A model generated the notes under the pieces. The model was not told the DNA's origin. It made no database searches and was given only the letters and a program-made list of their open reading frames with translations. This document shows positions 38,625 to 51,653 of a stretch of 64,000 nt of DNA, one piece after another. The position numbers and the translations under genes are program-made. The stretch comes from Epiperipatus broadwayi (Eukaryota; Animalia; Onychophora): positions 8,804,001-8,868,000 of the forward strand of contig JAQFVV010000005.1 of NCBI GenBank assembly GCA_028023455.1, written 5' to 3'. Each line of letters starts with the position of its first letter. Position 1 is the stretch's first letter.

Positions 38625-38973
38625 ATGTAATACTGTTACTATATTTATTAATCACGTAAAATTTTTCTCTTAATTGAACACTTTTACTAAAATGTAATTA
38701 ATATCAGTAAAAATGTGTAGTAATTAGGGAAGTATATATCCAGACCTACATATAATCATTATCATCATGACTCTTTGTAGATCTGGATATATACTTTCCT
38801 AATTATAACACATTTTACTGATATTAATTATATAATGATAATGAATATATGTAGACCTGGATATATAAGTCCCTAATTATTACACATTTTACTGATATTA
38901 ATTACATTTTCGTAAAAGTGCTTAAATAAAGGAAAAATTTTAAATGATTAATAAACATAGCAACAGTACTATA
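38625..38973. repeat. Long imperfect inverted repeat
   Basis: Arm 38625-38765 is the reverse complement of 38833-38973. The spacer 38776-38830 is a partial extra copy of the right arm. Confidence 0.9.
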
Positions 38974-39229
38974 TAATGTTGCTTCTAATATTATCCTATG
39001 TGTATAATAAGCAAAAAATGCAACTAGAGGATTAATGATAGACTATTTCTTATGTAATTCCAAATTATTTATGCCTTATTTATTACTGTTCAATAAATTG
39101 TTGTTACTAATCTTGTGTTAATTTATTTAAAGTTACTAATGCTTTCTCAACTGGTATTTTATTAATACCTTCAGGACATAGCACATTTTTAATGACATTA
39201 TTGCTTCTCTAGTTTCTTTCCCAGGCCTA

Positions 39230-41200
39230 AAACCATGTTGGATTTCTATCCAAATTCTCATCTAATTCCCTTTGTGTACTATTTTTATTTTTGTTAATAT
39301 TCAATAGATCACAAAGGCAAATAGATTTATTTATTGGAGTTAATAAGATAGATAAAGGGATTAAATTTACTTTAGAGAAAAAAGAGAATAATAGAATGGT
39401 ACATTTGGATAATAGAATTAAAGAAAAGTTATAAAGAAGGAAAATGTAGGATAGAAACATCAATTTATAAGAAAAATAATAAGAATAATTTTGCTAATTG
39501 GTACTCGAATATAGATATAAAATATAAAAGGAGTACAATAAATTCTAGAAATTATAGGGCGATAAATTATTGGTCGGATGAAGAGGAATATATTAAACAA
39601 GAAAACTTGATTATAAAAGAGTTAGTGAGTTATAAATATTCAAAAAACATTATAAATAATATTAGAAGGATAGAAAAGAAGGTGAAAGTTAAGTACAAAG
39701 AAAGAAATGAAGATAAAGTAAAAAGTAAAAAAGAAACAGCTTATGTAGGTTTAAAAACAGGAAATAATTATATAGTTAAAAATTTAAATAAAGTTATAAA
39801 TAAAATTAATAAAAAGTTTAATGAGGTATTAAAAATAAAAGTAGTTAATAAAAAAAGGAAAAGTATAATAGGAATATTAGAAAATAAATATGAGTGTTTA
39901 AATGAAACAGAGTGTAATAAAATTGATGAAATTTTTTCTATAGATTGTAAAATTAGAAATAAAGAGGTTATGAATTATGTGGGAGAGACTAAGAATTCCA
40001 TTTGTAGAAGATTGATACATCATAAATATGATAGGAATTCACCAATATATATTCACAAATTGGAGACAGGGCATGATTTATATAAAGAATGTATTAAAAT
40101 GTTGCATTTTACAGAGAGTAAAAGAGAAAGGAAGATAAAAGAGGCTATTTATTTAAATACTATTAGGCCTAAAATAAATAGAGATTTGGGGTTGAGGAAA
40201 ATTTAATGTAAAATTTAAAAAATTAGTTAAAATTTTAAATATGGATTAAAATTAAGATTTAAAAATTGAATAATAAAAGAAGCAGAGGAAAATTTTAATG
40301 TAAAATTTAAAAAATTAGTTAAAATTTTAAATATGGATAAAAATTATGGTTTAAAAATTGAATAATAAAAGAAGCAGTAGAAGGAACCAAAGTATAGAAG
40401 GTATAAATTTGAATGTAGATTTAAGTAGAAAAAACACTTTGACTGTGAGGAAGGAAAGTGGATGGAAATGATTAAAGACGATTAAAGATAAAATTAAGAG
40501 TTAAAATTGATTAGTAATTTAATATTAAAATAAAGAAAATAAGTAAGATAGGTTTTTAATAGAAATTAGGTATAAAAATAGGATAATAACATAACTATAT
40601 ATGTAGTATTTAATTGAAAATTAGGGAATATGAATATAAGAGATATAGGATGTTATTAAAAAAGGAAGATTAATTAGAATAAATAATTAAGAATGATAGT
40701 ATGAAATTAATTAATATAAAGATATAAGATAATAAATTGAAATAATATACAATAAGGGTATAATAGATTAAATAAAAATGAATTACTGTAATATAAAGAA
40801 TAAAATAAGAGTTTTAAGGTTTATAAAGTAAAATAAAAAAATTAAAATTATTAGATGTACAAGAATTAAGATTTTAAAATTAAGGAATAGGATTATAAAA
40901 AATAAAAAAAGATAAAGATTAGAATTAAATTTTGGAGGTTTTATTTATTTATTTATAAGTATTCATGTAGTTGGAAATGTGTAGGTATATGTTTGTATTT
41001 TTTGTGAGTATATATATATGTTATTTGTGTATATGTATGTAATATATATATATAGTGTATATATATGTATATGGTTTGTATGTATATATTTTGTAGTTCT
41101 GAGGAAGGATTGCCCATCGAAACTATTAACTGTCAAGAAATGATTGTATGAGCATTGGTTTAATAATAAAGGAATTAAAATATGTAAAAAGAGGATATTT
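39230..41200 (+). mobile_element. 5'-truncated Penelope-like element (RT C-terminus + GIY-YIG + long 3' UTR)
   Basis: IDKGIKFTLEKKENNRMVHLD (PLE RT end). ORF 39607-40206 contains FSIDC...YVGET...RRLIHH...IYIHKLETGH...KIKEAIYL. A 92-bp tandem duplication lies at 40202-40378. Confidence 0.88.
41093..41133 (+). ncRNA. Degenerate hammerhead ribozyme-like motif
   Basis: GTAGTT CTGAGGA AG GAT TGCCC ATC GAAA CTA TT AACTGT. The core is intact and stem II is 3 bp, but helix III is not a clean palindrome. Confidence 0.5.
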
Positions 41201-42404
41201 ATATTATTATGAATAAAGTCTTTAAGGCATCAAATAATAGAGCTATTGTGCGCAATCATTTGCATTAACATTTTTTAGAAAGGCAATAGTTTTTGTAGTC
41301 ATAAAAATCAAATGGGTATTATATAGTTTCATAACTTCCTGTTATTACATCAAATAATTTATTTTAATAACATCACTACACTTTTTTAAAAATACAATCG
41401 GAGTATTATCTATATCAGATGCCTTATTATTTTTATCTTAGTAATTACTTAATCAAAAATTGTTATTATATGTTTTTTTCTCATTCTCATTAATCATATT
41501 TGCATAGAGTAAAGTTGTTAATTTTATCTGTAGAAAATGTTCTTATAAATATGGAATATTTTTTATTATAAAGTATGAAAAGTTTTAATGAAAATCAAAT
41601 ACAAGTATAATATTTTATTTAAACTGCATAAATGAAATCCTTCTCAATTCCTTTGAACTTTTTCATTTATTTAAAAAGTGTTATTTATTGGCTTTCACAA
41701 TTAAATTAATATTGACTCCATATTCAATTTTGTATTTTCAGGATATACTGGACTTACAACAGACTTTTAATGATTTCTTGTGAAAGTAATAATGAATCTT
41801 GCCATGTGCATCAAAACTGAACTATGGGTAAAAACTTCATTCACATATTAAGATTCTTAATTGTTATAAGTACTAATATTTCACAATATTCCTTGTAAGA
41901 ATTTGTTAATTTTTTATCTGCTTGTTCACTTGGTGGTTCTTGTTAAAGCCATGTGATGTTTTTTCAAAGATCGCATAAACTTTTTGAATATTTTTTTCTG
42001 ATATTCCAGTGTTTACATTTTTTTAAAGATGTGTTACATTATATGTTTCATGATCATTTAATTTGTATTTATATCCTATTATTACTATTCTGCTTTATAC
42101 TATGTTGAAATGGATTATGCACAACTAAATTTTTACATAATTTGAGTAATTAATAAAATTCTTCTGTTTATATATAAAATGAATAAATAAGACAGATTTT
42201 ATAGGCAATAAACATTTTAAGATCAAATATATTTATTAAAAATGAAAATATGCAATATTAATATAAACTGATACTCTATGCAAGTAATAATTATATACCA
42301 ATTTTTTTATTATTATGGTGAGTGGGTGAATTGTTTTCAGTTTTTTGATTGATTTTACAAAAATCTAGTACTTGTTGTAGTTTTTTGTTTACATCTTTTT
42401 AGAA

Positions 42405-42620
42405 ATAAGTTTGCTGCAAGTTTGTGGAGTACAAAGAAATTCATGCAAGTTTTGTGTTACAAAGTATTTCATACAAGCTAAGTTGTTTTGTGCAAATTTC
42501 TGAGCACAAAATATTTAATGCAAGATTCTGAATAAATGCTTTATGCAAGATTCTGAAAATTTCTGAGCACAAACTATTTTATACTATATTCTGAGTAAAA
42601 GATATTTCATGCAAGCTGAA
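42405..42620 (+). repeat. Degenerate ~28-30-bp minisatellite
   Basis: Recurring TTCTGAGCACAAA and TTCATGCAAG words. Confidence 0.6.
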
Positions 42621-44822
42621 AATAGTGTTGCATTCAAACTTTAATAACGAGTTCCATCAACTATCAAATCAATATATTTTTATGTATATGTAGTCTATAA
42701 TTTAATTATTTATAATAGTGTAATACTGATTTTTATTTACTCTTTAAACTTCTGTGCATTTTTCAATAATTACAGTAAAAATATTAATATTTGTAGCTTA
42801 GTTTCGGGGAGTTGCCAGCATTATGTGTAGTATTCATTGTACATTAACAAGTTTTAAGTTAAGACTGTATACCATTTCAAGTTATATAAATGTTGCAATT
42901 TTGTTATGTATTAATATAAAGAACAGATCAGATCTCACCAATATATATATATAGTCTTTTTTATATATGACATTATATAAATGAATAGACATGTTTCTTG
43001 ATTGAAAATGTAATAAAGCCTTATATATTCATATACTATATATGTATATTAAATGCATAATATACTGTGTGATATGATGTGCATGTATATATATATATAC
43101 ACACACACATATATATATATAGAGAGAGAGAGCCTGTAAATATGTAAATATACATGCTTAAAGTATTTATGTGAAGATATACTGTGTGTATATTAGGAAA
43201 GCTTTATTTAAATAGTATTAAATTGTAAATATTAAATAAAAAGGAGCTGTAAATATAAAAATGCATACATTTCTTGAAATTAACTGTGATTCTGTCACTT
43301 AAGTCCAGATCATATGCCCAGGTTTAGAGAAACAATAAGAATCATTGGGATAAGAAATTTAGGTGATGGTAACTCTTGTCTTTGGCTAGAATAATATTTT
43401 TGATCATCCCCGAGACTTCTTTGTCTAAAGTATAGAAAGTAGAACTAGATAACTAATAATGGTCACTTGGATCTTATTTTCATTTTTGCACATCTTATAG
43501 CTTTTATAATTTAAATTTAAGCTATGTTGTGTGCCACTCAATAGTGCATTAAATAAGGTATTTTATGCTTTTCAAAATGTTTAATTAGAGATTTGAATTT
43601 ACTTTATGCCCCTTAGTGTTGCAATTCCAAATATTATTTCTAATATATATGTATTGAAGCTATATGTATGCACACATATATAAACTTCATGTTCGAATGT
43701 TAAAAATTATGAACAAAATTTAAGTTTAAAAGTTTTAATAAATTTAATAAATAAAAATTAAATATATATTATAAATGCATAGATAAAGGTATACATATAA
43801 TTAATTATAAAGTTAATTTGTGTTAAAAACAAAATATTTTCTAAAGTTTGTAAAAAGAAAAAGATAATTGATTTTAAATTTTTTTAAAAAAGTAGTTTAA
43901 AAAGCAAAATTTATTAAAAGTAGAAATAATATTCTAGGAAAAGTAATTAAAATGCTTGTAAACAGATTGCTAGATTAAAGTTTAAGGAGATAAATAATTA
44001 AAATAATTTAATTAAAAAGGCTGTTATTCCCACTTGAAAATATGAGCTTGCTAATAGGGTGTTGGACAAATAAACTCATATCTCAGGGAAATTAATGGAC
44101 TTATCTATAGCCAATAATCAAAAGATTCAAATGTCGAGATGGATCTGAATTTTACTGATAAGATAGCTTTGAACCATATAAATAATACTGGAGAAATTAC
44201 ATTTGATCATCTTTATTCTGCCAGTGATTATTGTAATAACTATTTTATTTCACCTTTACTTTGTAATTAATAATACTCTGATGCATTGCGGTAAAACTTT
44301 TCTATATAATAATTTCTTTAGGCTTTCTACATCATAATTTCTGCAGGCTTAGTGCTTTCAGACTTTTGTTACTCCATAATCATAGCCTCTATTCTGCCAT
44401 TGTTCTTCAATTATTATTAGTCTGCTTTAATTAATTCTTGTCTGCTAGTTCCAGAAAGTACTATGCAAGAGTAGAGAAGCCATTATCCACTTCACTCTGT
44501 CAAGCTGGTAGAGAGTAGGCTGAAAACTCTTTACTGAGTCCCGAAAGAGAAGCCATCTATATGTGAAGAAGCCATTCTATCTTGGGTCTACTATACATCA
44601 ACCTGAGATGAGGAAAAGTCTGATGTCCATTGCTACAAGAAAAACCAGCCACAAAACCCAAGATTTAATTAATATCTACACATCCAAAATGAATGTGCAA
44701 TAGTGATTTAAACCTTCATCCACCATAGATATGGCAAAGAATCACCTATACAAATACCTAAAGACTAAACGTGAAATATTAAGCTGAAATAATAAGTATA
44801 ACTTTTAAACTCATATTTAGTT

Positions 44823-44921
44823 GTTTTTTTCCCCATATGTCAAAGCGTTGACCGGGAAGTGAATCCGGGCCAGCTGCTTGGAAGGCAGCTATGCTAACTG
44901 CTAGGCCACCAATGCTTGACT
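44823..44921 (-). mobile_element. Full-length tRNA-Gly(TCC)-derived short SINE / retroposed tRNA
   Basis: Minus strand: AGTCAA + 72-nt tRNA-Gly body + TTGACATATGGGG + A7. 14-bp TSD ACTCATATTTAGTT (44809-22 / 44922-35). Confidence 0.9.
44844..44915 (-). pseudogene. tRNA-Gly(TCC) pseudogene (body of the SINE)
   Basis: GCATTGGTGGCCTAGCAGTTAGCATAGCTGCCTTCCAAGCAGCTGGCCCGGATTCACTTCCCGGTCAACGCT. The anticodon arm is intact, but the D-loop GG and the T-loop/B-box are mutated and there is an A.C mismatch in the acceptor stem. Confidence 0.85.
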
Positions 44922-45697
44922 ACTCATATTTAGTTAATCTCCATTTTAATGAAATATGTTAATGAATAAATAGTGTTGTGTCTCATTATTATTTTTTGGC
45001 AGTTTGTCATCTTTATTTGCAATTAATAACTTAGGTAAATAGTTAAGTCTTTTGTTTTCTCCCTGCCCTTAGCAGAGTGTAAAGGAAAAAGTTTGTATTC
45101 TGTGATGTCAGAATGTGGAATAACAAACATCATAATTTTAAAGAAACAGAAAAATGATTAATAATACTATCTAAACATTCAATATAGACAAAGTACATTA
45201 AAGGAGAAGATAATCAATTACCCATTCCTCTTTAATCTTATAAAATACATCATTGCACATAAAATATTTAGAATTCTCTAATAATAATAGCAAATCATGA
45301 ATAGCCTTAACTTTATCTCCAGAAAAATATTCCTGTTTTTTTAGAAAAGAAACACTAATGCTTTTAATCCTATCAACTGATTGATGCATATTTTGGTATT
45401 GATCTATTTGGTTATCTACATTTTAATTTTGTTTAAATAGTGAGATAAATAATTGAGAAAATATAGATTTCTTTATAAAAATGACAATTTATCTTAATGA
45501 TAATACTACTATGACTAAATTTATAAATTCATTGTTTAATTTAATACTTCTTAGTATTAGTTTTTATTGATAGGTCTTGTTTTTGGTGAATTTTTATTTT
45601 TCATTTATTGAGTTTAAAGAAGTGGGGGGGGGGATGGAGTGGGAGAGAGAACAGGAGGAGGAGAACAAAAAGAAATCTTATTAATTACAAAATGTAG

Positions 45698-46356
45698 TGT
45701 AACTGTCAAGTCTGTACATTCACGTAACAGAACCTAGAATCCAGACAAAGAGACTGAAGCTGACCAGTACGAGATGGTAAGATCTCGAGACTGACCGCAC
45801 TTCAACTCATTCACCCGTATTCCAAGAAACAATACCCTACAGATGACATCCTTGAAAGTACATTCATATACCATTTTATTCACAACCGATATAGGTCAGA
45901 GAAAAACAATGAGACTCATAAATTAAAAAAGGTTCTTAAATTGACTAAATATATTATATAAATCATTGAAATATGATCATTAATGCATAGTTCTTTACAT
46001 ACATATTTTATGAATAATTAGAATTGGACTGAATTGGATTAATAACGAGACTGAGAATGAAATATATTAAATTAATTATACATTTATTTATGAGTAATAA
46101 AATAAAGAAATAATAAATGTATGACTTCAGCTTAGTGAATGCACGCAGACATTTTGAATAAATGATGAGTTACAGTATTCTATTACAGATCAATCATGGA
46201 GATACTAGTACAAGTAATAATAAAAAGTTTTACCATGACATAAGTTTTAACTGCTTCTCATCCGATAAATTAACTACTGTAGGATATGTATAAATAATCA
46301 CTACGTTATGTCTAGAAAGATATGCCAATTCCTATTTTTGACTTGTGGCTGTTACA
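45698..46356. mobile_element. Probable solo LTR
   Basis: TGTAAC...GTTACA termini. Flanks TGTAG / TGTAA (4 of 5 match, TSD-like). Internal AATAAA. Confidence 0.5.
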
Positions 46357-46565
46357 TGTAAGTAATTCTACTAAGCCTTGACTAACAATCAATAATGCCT
46401 TTATGATTACAAATGTGTTTACCTTTAACAGGTGAGCATATAAATTACCTCAAATAACTTAGATTGAACATGGCTTTCAAGAGTATTTCAGACTAATGCT
46501 GAATGTGTTATAAGGAGGTAGAGTTGGCTGCTCTAGATTTACCAATATGCTATGGCACAGTTAAA

Positions 46566-46790
46566 TAATAATAAAAAGTCTGTGGATGGATTGATGAATC
46601 AAGGGTTCTTGCACCAAACGCCGGTACCCTGGGACCGATCGTCATTCTGCTAAAAGGGAGGAACATTTAGTTCAGAATGGCAAGGTGACTTACATGCTAG
46701 CCTGGCCTTAAAGTCAGGGTTCGCTAATGCACTACCCTATAAAAAGTAAGATGTGTTGGCTTAACCAAGACTCCATCTTAATACAAATAA
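46566..46790 (-). mobile_element. Possible LINE/SINE 3' end fragment
   Basis: GC/CpG-richer island ending (minus) in a stem-loop-like GGGT...ACCC and a short (ATCA/ATCC) tail. Confidence 0.3.
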
Positions 46791-48749
46791 AATAGGCAGC
46801 AAAATGTGGAAATATTTAATTAAAGAAATGAATCTTATCAACCAAGCAAAAGAGTATTATACATTTTAATATCATAAGTATGAGAACAATAGCTTTATTA
46901 GCTTCATGAATAGAAACCAACTTTGTCATAGCTTATAAAATACATGCTATTAGCAGGAATAATTATGTCTTTATCATGTTCAATCTATTGATGCTGTTTA
47001 TTAAATAATTAATTTCTTAAGGAGGGAAAGTATATTTGAATGGATTTAAGAAAGAAGTTAACTAGCAAATATACTTCTAAATGTTTTTCAAGGCTAGTTT
47101 AATTATTAGTACATAATAAATTTAAAATTGTGAAAATTTGATTAACACAAGCCACATTATAAAATTAAATCACTCAATAATAATGAGTGCAGAGTAAATC
47201 ATTATTTGATAAATAGGATTTCGAAACCGTGCAGAAAGATAATGCTAGAAAATAATTTAGGTGAAAATATTAAAAATATCTTCTTTAATTAAACTATTAA
47301 AACTAAGTGCTTGCTGTTTCGAAGCATTGGCATATAATTCAATAAATATTTAAATTAAATAATCAAAAAGAGGAATATATAGACATACCGCAGTGATATA
47401 ATTTAAATTAGATTAATTTTGAAAGATATTTCTTGATAGAAAAGAAATTACAAAAATGAGCAAGTAGATTATTTATAGATTTTAGATATATTAATTTAAA
47501 TAAAAATTTGATTCTTTATTATTTAACATTAGGAACAGATTTGACACTTAATTACATACATTTAAATACTTTAATTATTTTTAGCTAGCTTGAGTTATGG
47601 TTTTAGCATTTAAATAGGACTTGCACAGAGCTCTGCACTTTTTGAGATTGTTTACTGGTTATGATGTAGCTGGAACATAGGTGCTTGGGCTGTAGACTTG
47701 GTGAGCTTTCCTGGGCGCTGCGATATCATCTTTATTTGGTTTCCATATTATTGCAATATGTATAGATTTTAAAAACTTGAATTAGATTTATAGATAACAA
47801 AAAATGAATCTACAAATCTGCTATGTAATAGTAATTAAAAGATAAATTAAAATCAAAAATGTTAAAAAGAAAAATGGAGAAGAATCCTTAAAATACTTAA
47901 AAGGCATGAGCGGCCACATTCTTTGTTGTTAGAATGGGTAACAGAAAAAAATCAATTTAGCAGTTGCTAGTAAAAACAACAAAATTAAAAGGGATTATCT
48001 GGAAATTTAATGTATATTAAAATCAGTTTTCCTTTTGGAACTATAACTTTTATACAGTTATCTATATTGCCATTCTATAAAAACTGTTTGCCAATATAAT
48101 GTAAACCAAAAGAAATAAACTCTTTTTTCATAGCCAATTATTTGGTGAAAAAATTATAGAAAATGCATTGCTAATTAAATGTATACCAGACCACTATAGT
48201 TAGGTAATCATCGCTTGAAATTATCTAGAGCTTGATTTTTAAATGCCGCAAGACTTCGATAAAGAATCTATGCTTATGAAGGATGTATGTCCTTGTTTGA
48301 AACTGAACATTTAAATTATGCAAATTGGAAGGATAAGAGACATCAGAGAATGTGAGCTATATTGATCAGTAATGGAAGTTTATAAATGTACTGAAAATAA
48401 ACCTAGCTATATATAGATATCATACGGGTTTTTTTTTTTAAAACTTTAACAAAAAAAAAAGCCTTAAGTCAATGTAATCCATTTATTATATTTTAATTTA
48501 TTTCTTTTATATTTATAATTAAGTTATTTATTTAGTTAATTTTATGAATTTATTCTGAAATAACTTTTTTTTTTACTTTGTATGTGTTAGATATATCCTG
48601 CAAATAAATTATTATTTTATAAAATATAAATTGTCAGTGCTATTTTATATTGCAGCTTTCATTTCCACTGCTCACATTAGCATTTATAATTTCTGGCTAT
48701 AAAAAAATTAGAAATACTTAATCTCTGATAAAATGCCAAATGTTAGCAG

Positions 48750-50170
48750 AAATTTGGAAAATAGAAATAGTTGAGATTGATCCATTCAACATCTTACTTT
48801 TCACATGAAATGTTGTGCCCAGATAAATGCACGCCTTTCTCATTATTTCAATTAAAACAAATTACACTTCAATTGTACAGCCTATTTCCAATCCCTTATG
48901 TTGATTTTAAGTGATGATTGGGAAATATAACTCATTTTTAGGTTCAATTCCTATCATTAGTATGTACTTTGTATGTGGCTATCATGATTTTTGAAAGGTA
49001 TTCCCTACATGTTATCGGTACAATAATAATGAAAGATAAAAGTATTGTTTATAAGATAATATTGCAAAAAACCTTTAGAACTACTCAATCAATGCTGTTT
49101 GGGTATAGAACAGAGATGATTCAGTTGTGATATTGAAAATGTGTTATAAGTCATTGAACTTGTCTATGAATAATGAAACTTTAAGAAAATACATAGCATG
49201 GCCCATATCAAAGAGAACATAGTAATATATGATATTGATCTGGTTGAAGTATTTATGGAATATAATTCTTTACTCTTAATAGGTGCATAATCTAATCTTA
49301 GTTGATGCATAGTCATGATGAGCCAAGAATAAAATAGTCTGAGGCATAGATGTTGAGAAGACTATTTCTAATGGATAAGAAATCTCATCATGTTTCTCTA
49401 GATATGCTTATAATAAACAGTGCTTCAATTTTGCTTAATTATTTATTAATTATGCTTTAATTAAATTTGAAGTCTACATAAAAGAGTGGGAAATAAATCT
49501 CATATAACCCTATTGCATCAACTAGAGTCTACTGGATTACTCAAAAAAAGACTGTCCAGTAATTAAAGCAGGAGCTAATATAATAAACATACACAAGTTT
49601 CCACATGGGGTAATTTTTCTTAAGCATAATATGGTAATATATAGCAGCATCTTTAGGAAATTCTGCTTCCTTCTGGGCAGACAATTGAGAAATAAGTTGA
49701 CACTACTACTGCCAAGTAAAGAAAATATGAGTTTGGGAAAAAAAATAATTTAAAATTGGCAACAACATATGGGTCTGAGATAGTCTTAAAAAAAAGATGA
49801 CAAGGGACTCAAAAAAAATCATAACTATGAAAGTAACACAGTTAAGAGCAGATGTGAAGAAAGTACTATTCTGGAAACAGAAATCATTGAAGTCAACAAA
49901 AAATCCATTTAGCAAAAGAAAAACAGCTTACAGCAGTCAACTAAAGCAAACACTGGATGCTAGAAAATGTATCTACTATCAGGATAAAGGTCCAGATTCA
50001 TACAAATGATACTATTGACCACCCAAACAGTACCAAGATTGTTTCCAGACCTTATATCTAAATTGTTTCTTCTGGCATGAAGGGGAGTATTATTTTTATC
50101 TATAGTCTTATGCAACACTTGGATGATATATATTTAAGCACATACCTGTAATGGTTGTTAAATTGTAATT
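48750..50170 (+). mobile_element. Ancient LINE remnant (low confidence)
   Basis: Broken reading frames 49797-50009 and a 3' AATAAA tail. No clean motif is retained. Confidence 0.25.
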
Positions 50171-51653
50171 ACTAATAAAAAGAAATGGAAAATGTTAGCA
50201 ATTCATTTGAAATTCTGAATGCATATTGAATCTATAACAAATGTGCAAATTTTTAGTATATTTGCATGATATTGGAAATAATTGCAGACCAACAGTAGGA
50301 AGCAAAAGAATAAAAAATTCAGGTAATGGTACTTCTTGTCTTTTGCTAGAGAAATGACTATGATAATCCTAAAGATTCCTACTTTTGAAGGCATAGAAAG
50401 AATTAGATAAATATTAAAAGTTACCCCAACTTTATTTTAATGTGAATGTCTTAAGTGTTTTTTTCACTTATAATTAGATATAATCTAGTCTATATGAATA
50501 TCAATGTATGTTAAGTATGTTGTAATCTGTACTATTTAGATTTAGTTAGGATTTGAACTCACTTCATCATTAGTAATCTGTTTCTAATTAAGTATACCAT
50601 TACAGGTTTGTTCATTTAAAATTTGATTTATTGATTTAATGTATTTATCTTCCACTCACATAATAATCATTATAAATTTGATGCTTATCCAAATTGTGAC
50701 TTGCACCAAACAACTTAAGTTAGGCCATGAATAGCAACTACTGACAAACTCCTTTCTGATCACAGCAGTATGCATATGTACAAATTAAATGTATGTTAAA
50801 GAAAAATGTCAAAAATAACTCACATTTGTATTTGTTAATTAGCATTAAAAAAAAAAAAAAAACTAACTAAATGAGATTAAATTAATTAAACGAGAGTTGA
50901 TGAGGAAAAGTTAAGTTTGTCTATTAAAAACAATGTTTTTAGGTGGCTTACTTAAATGCAACCAATACTCTAGATCAGCATTTTTTAAACTGTGGTTCTC
51001 AACCCCATTTGAGGTCGCAAAAATTTAATTCAGATACATGAATTTAAAGAAATATTAGTCGCAATCCCTTCATTACCTTTTATTTAACATTAGGTTTTCT
51101 GTGCAGCGCAATTATAACATTGTAATGATGGCCAAATTGAGCTGTAAATTATATTTACATATTGAATAATAACACTAAACAGCATACAAGTTATTTCAGA
51201 ATCAAAATATATGCTGCAGTGGCGAGAATAAGGTTGGCGCCACTGTTATTATATAATGCATTTCCGGTCAAATTATTTATTTGTTTCTTTTCAACAAGTG
51301 TCCATATCGCAAGAACAATACAATATTGTATTTTACTGTTTTACTCGATTAAGGTTAGTATTTATTTGAATAAATGTTATGAAAGATGTTATTTTTTATA
51401 TATAAAAATGCTTGTATACTTTTTTTTCTCACTTTTTTTATTCAAAATTTATCCTATTAGTTATTATAAAAATTTATTTTTTATTCGAAAGTTATTATCA
51501 TTAACAAGTAAAAGCATATTCCTATTTTTTAAACTTAACAGGTAATTTGCTTCGTATAATTAAACAACAAATGTTGCTGCTACTTGGTGTCTCTGCTAAC
51601 TAATAAGTACTGTTATTTTATTTATATTTTAGGATAAAAATACTTTTTACCCA

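Noticed and set aside
44844-44915. Functional tRNA-Gly gene
   Set aside because: The A- and B-box positions are mutated, the acceptor stem has a mismatch, and there is an A tail, a 14-bp TSD and a sister SINE copy.
51162-51545. 127-aa ORF inside the hAT left arm, and other short hydrophobic ORFs across the window
   Set aside because: They are low-complexity F/I/L/Y/K products expected from AT-rich non-coding DNA.
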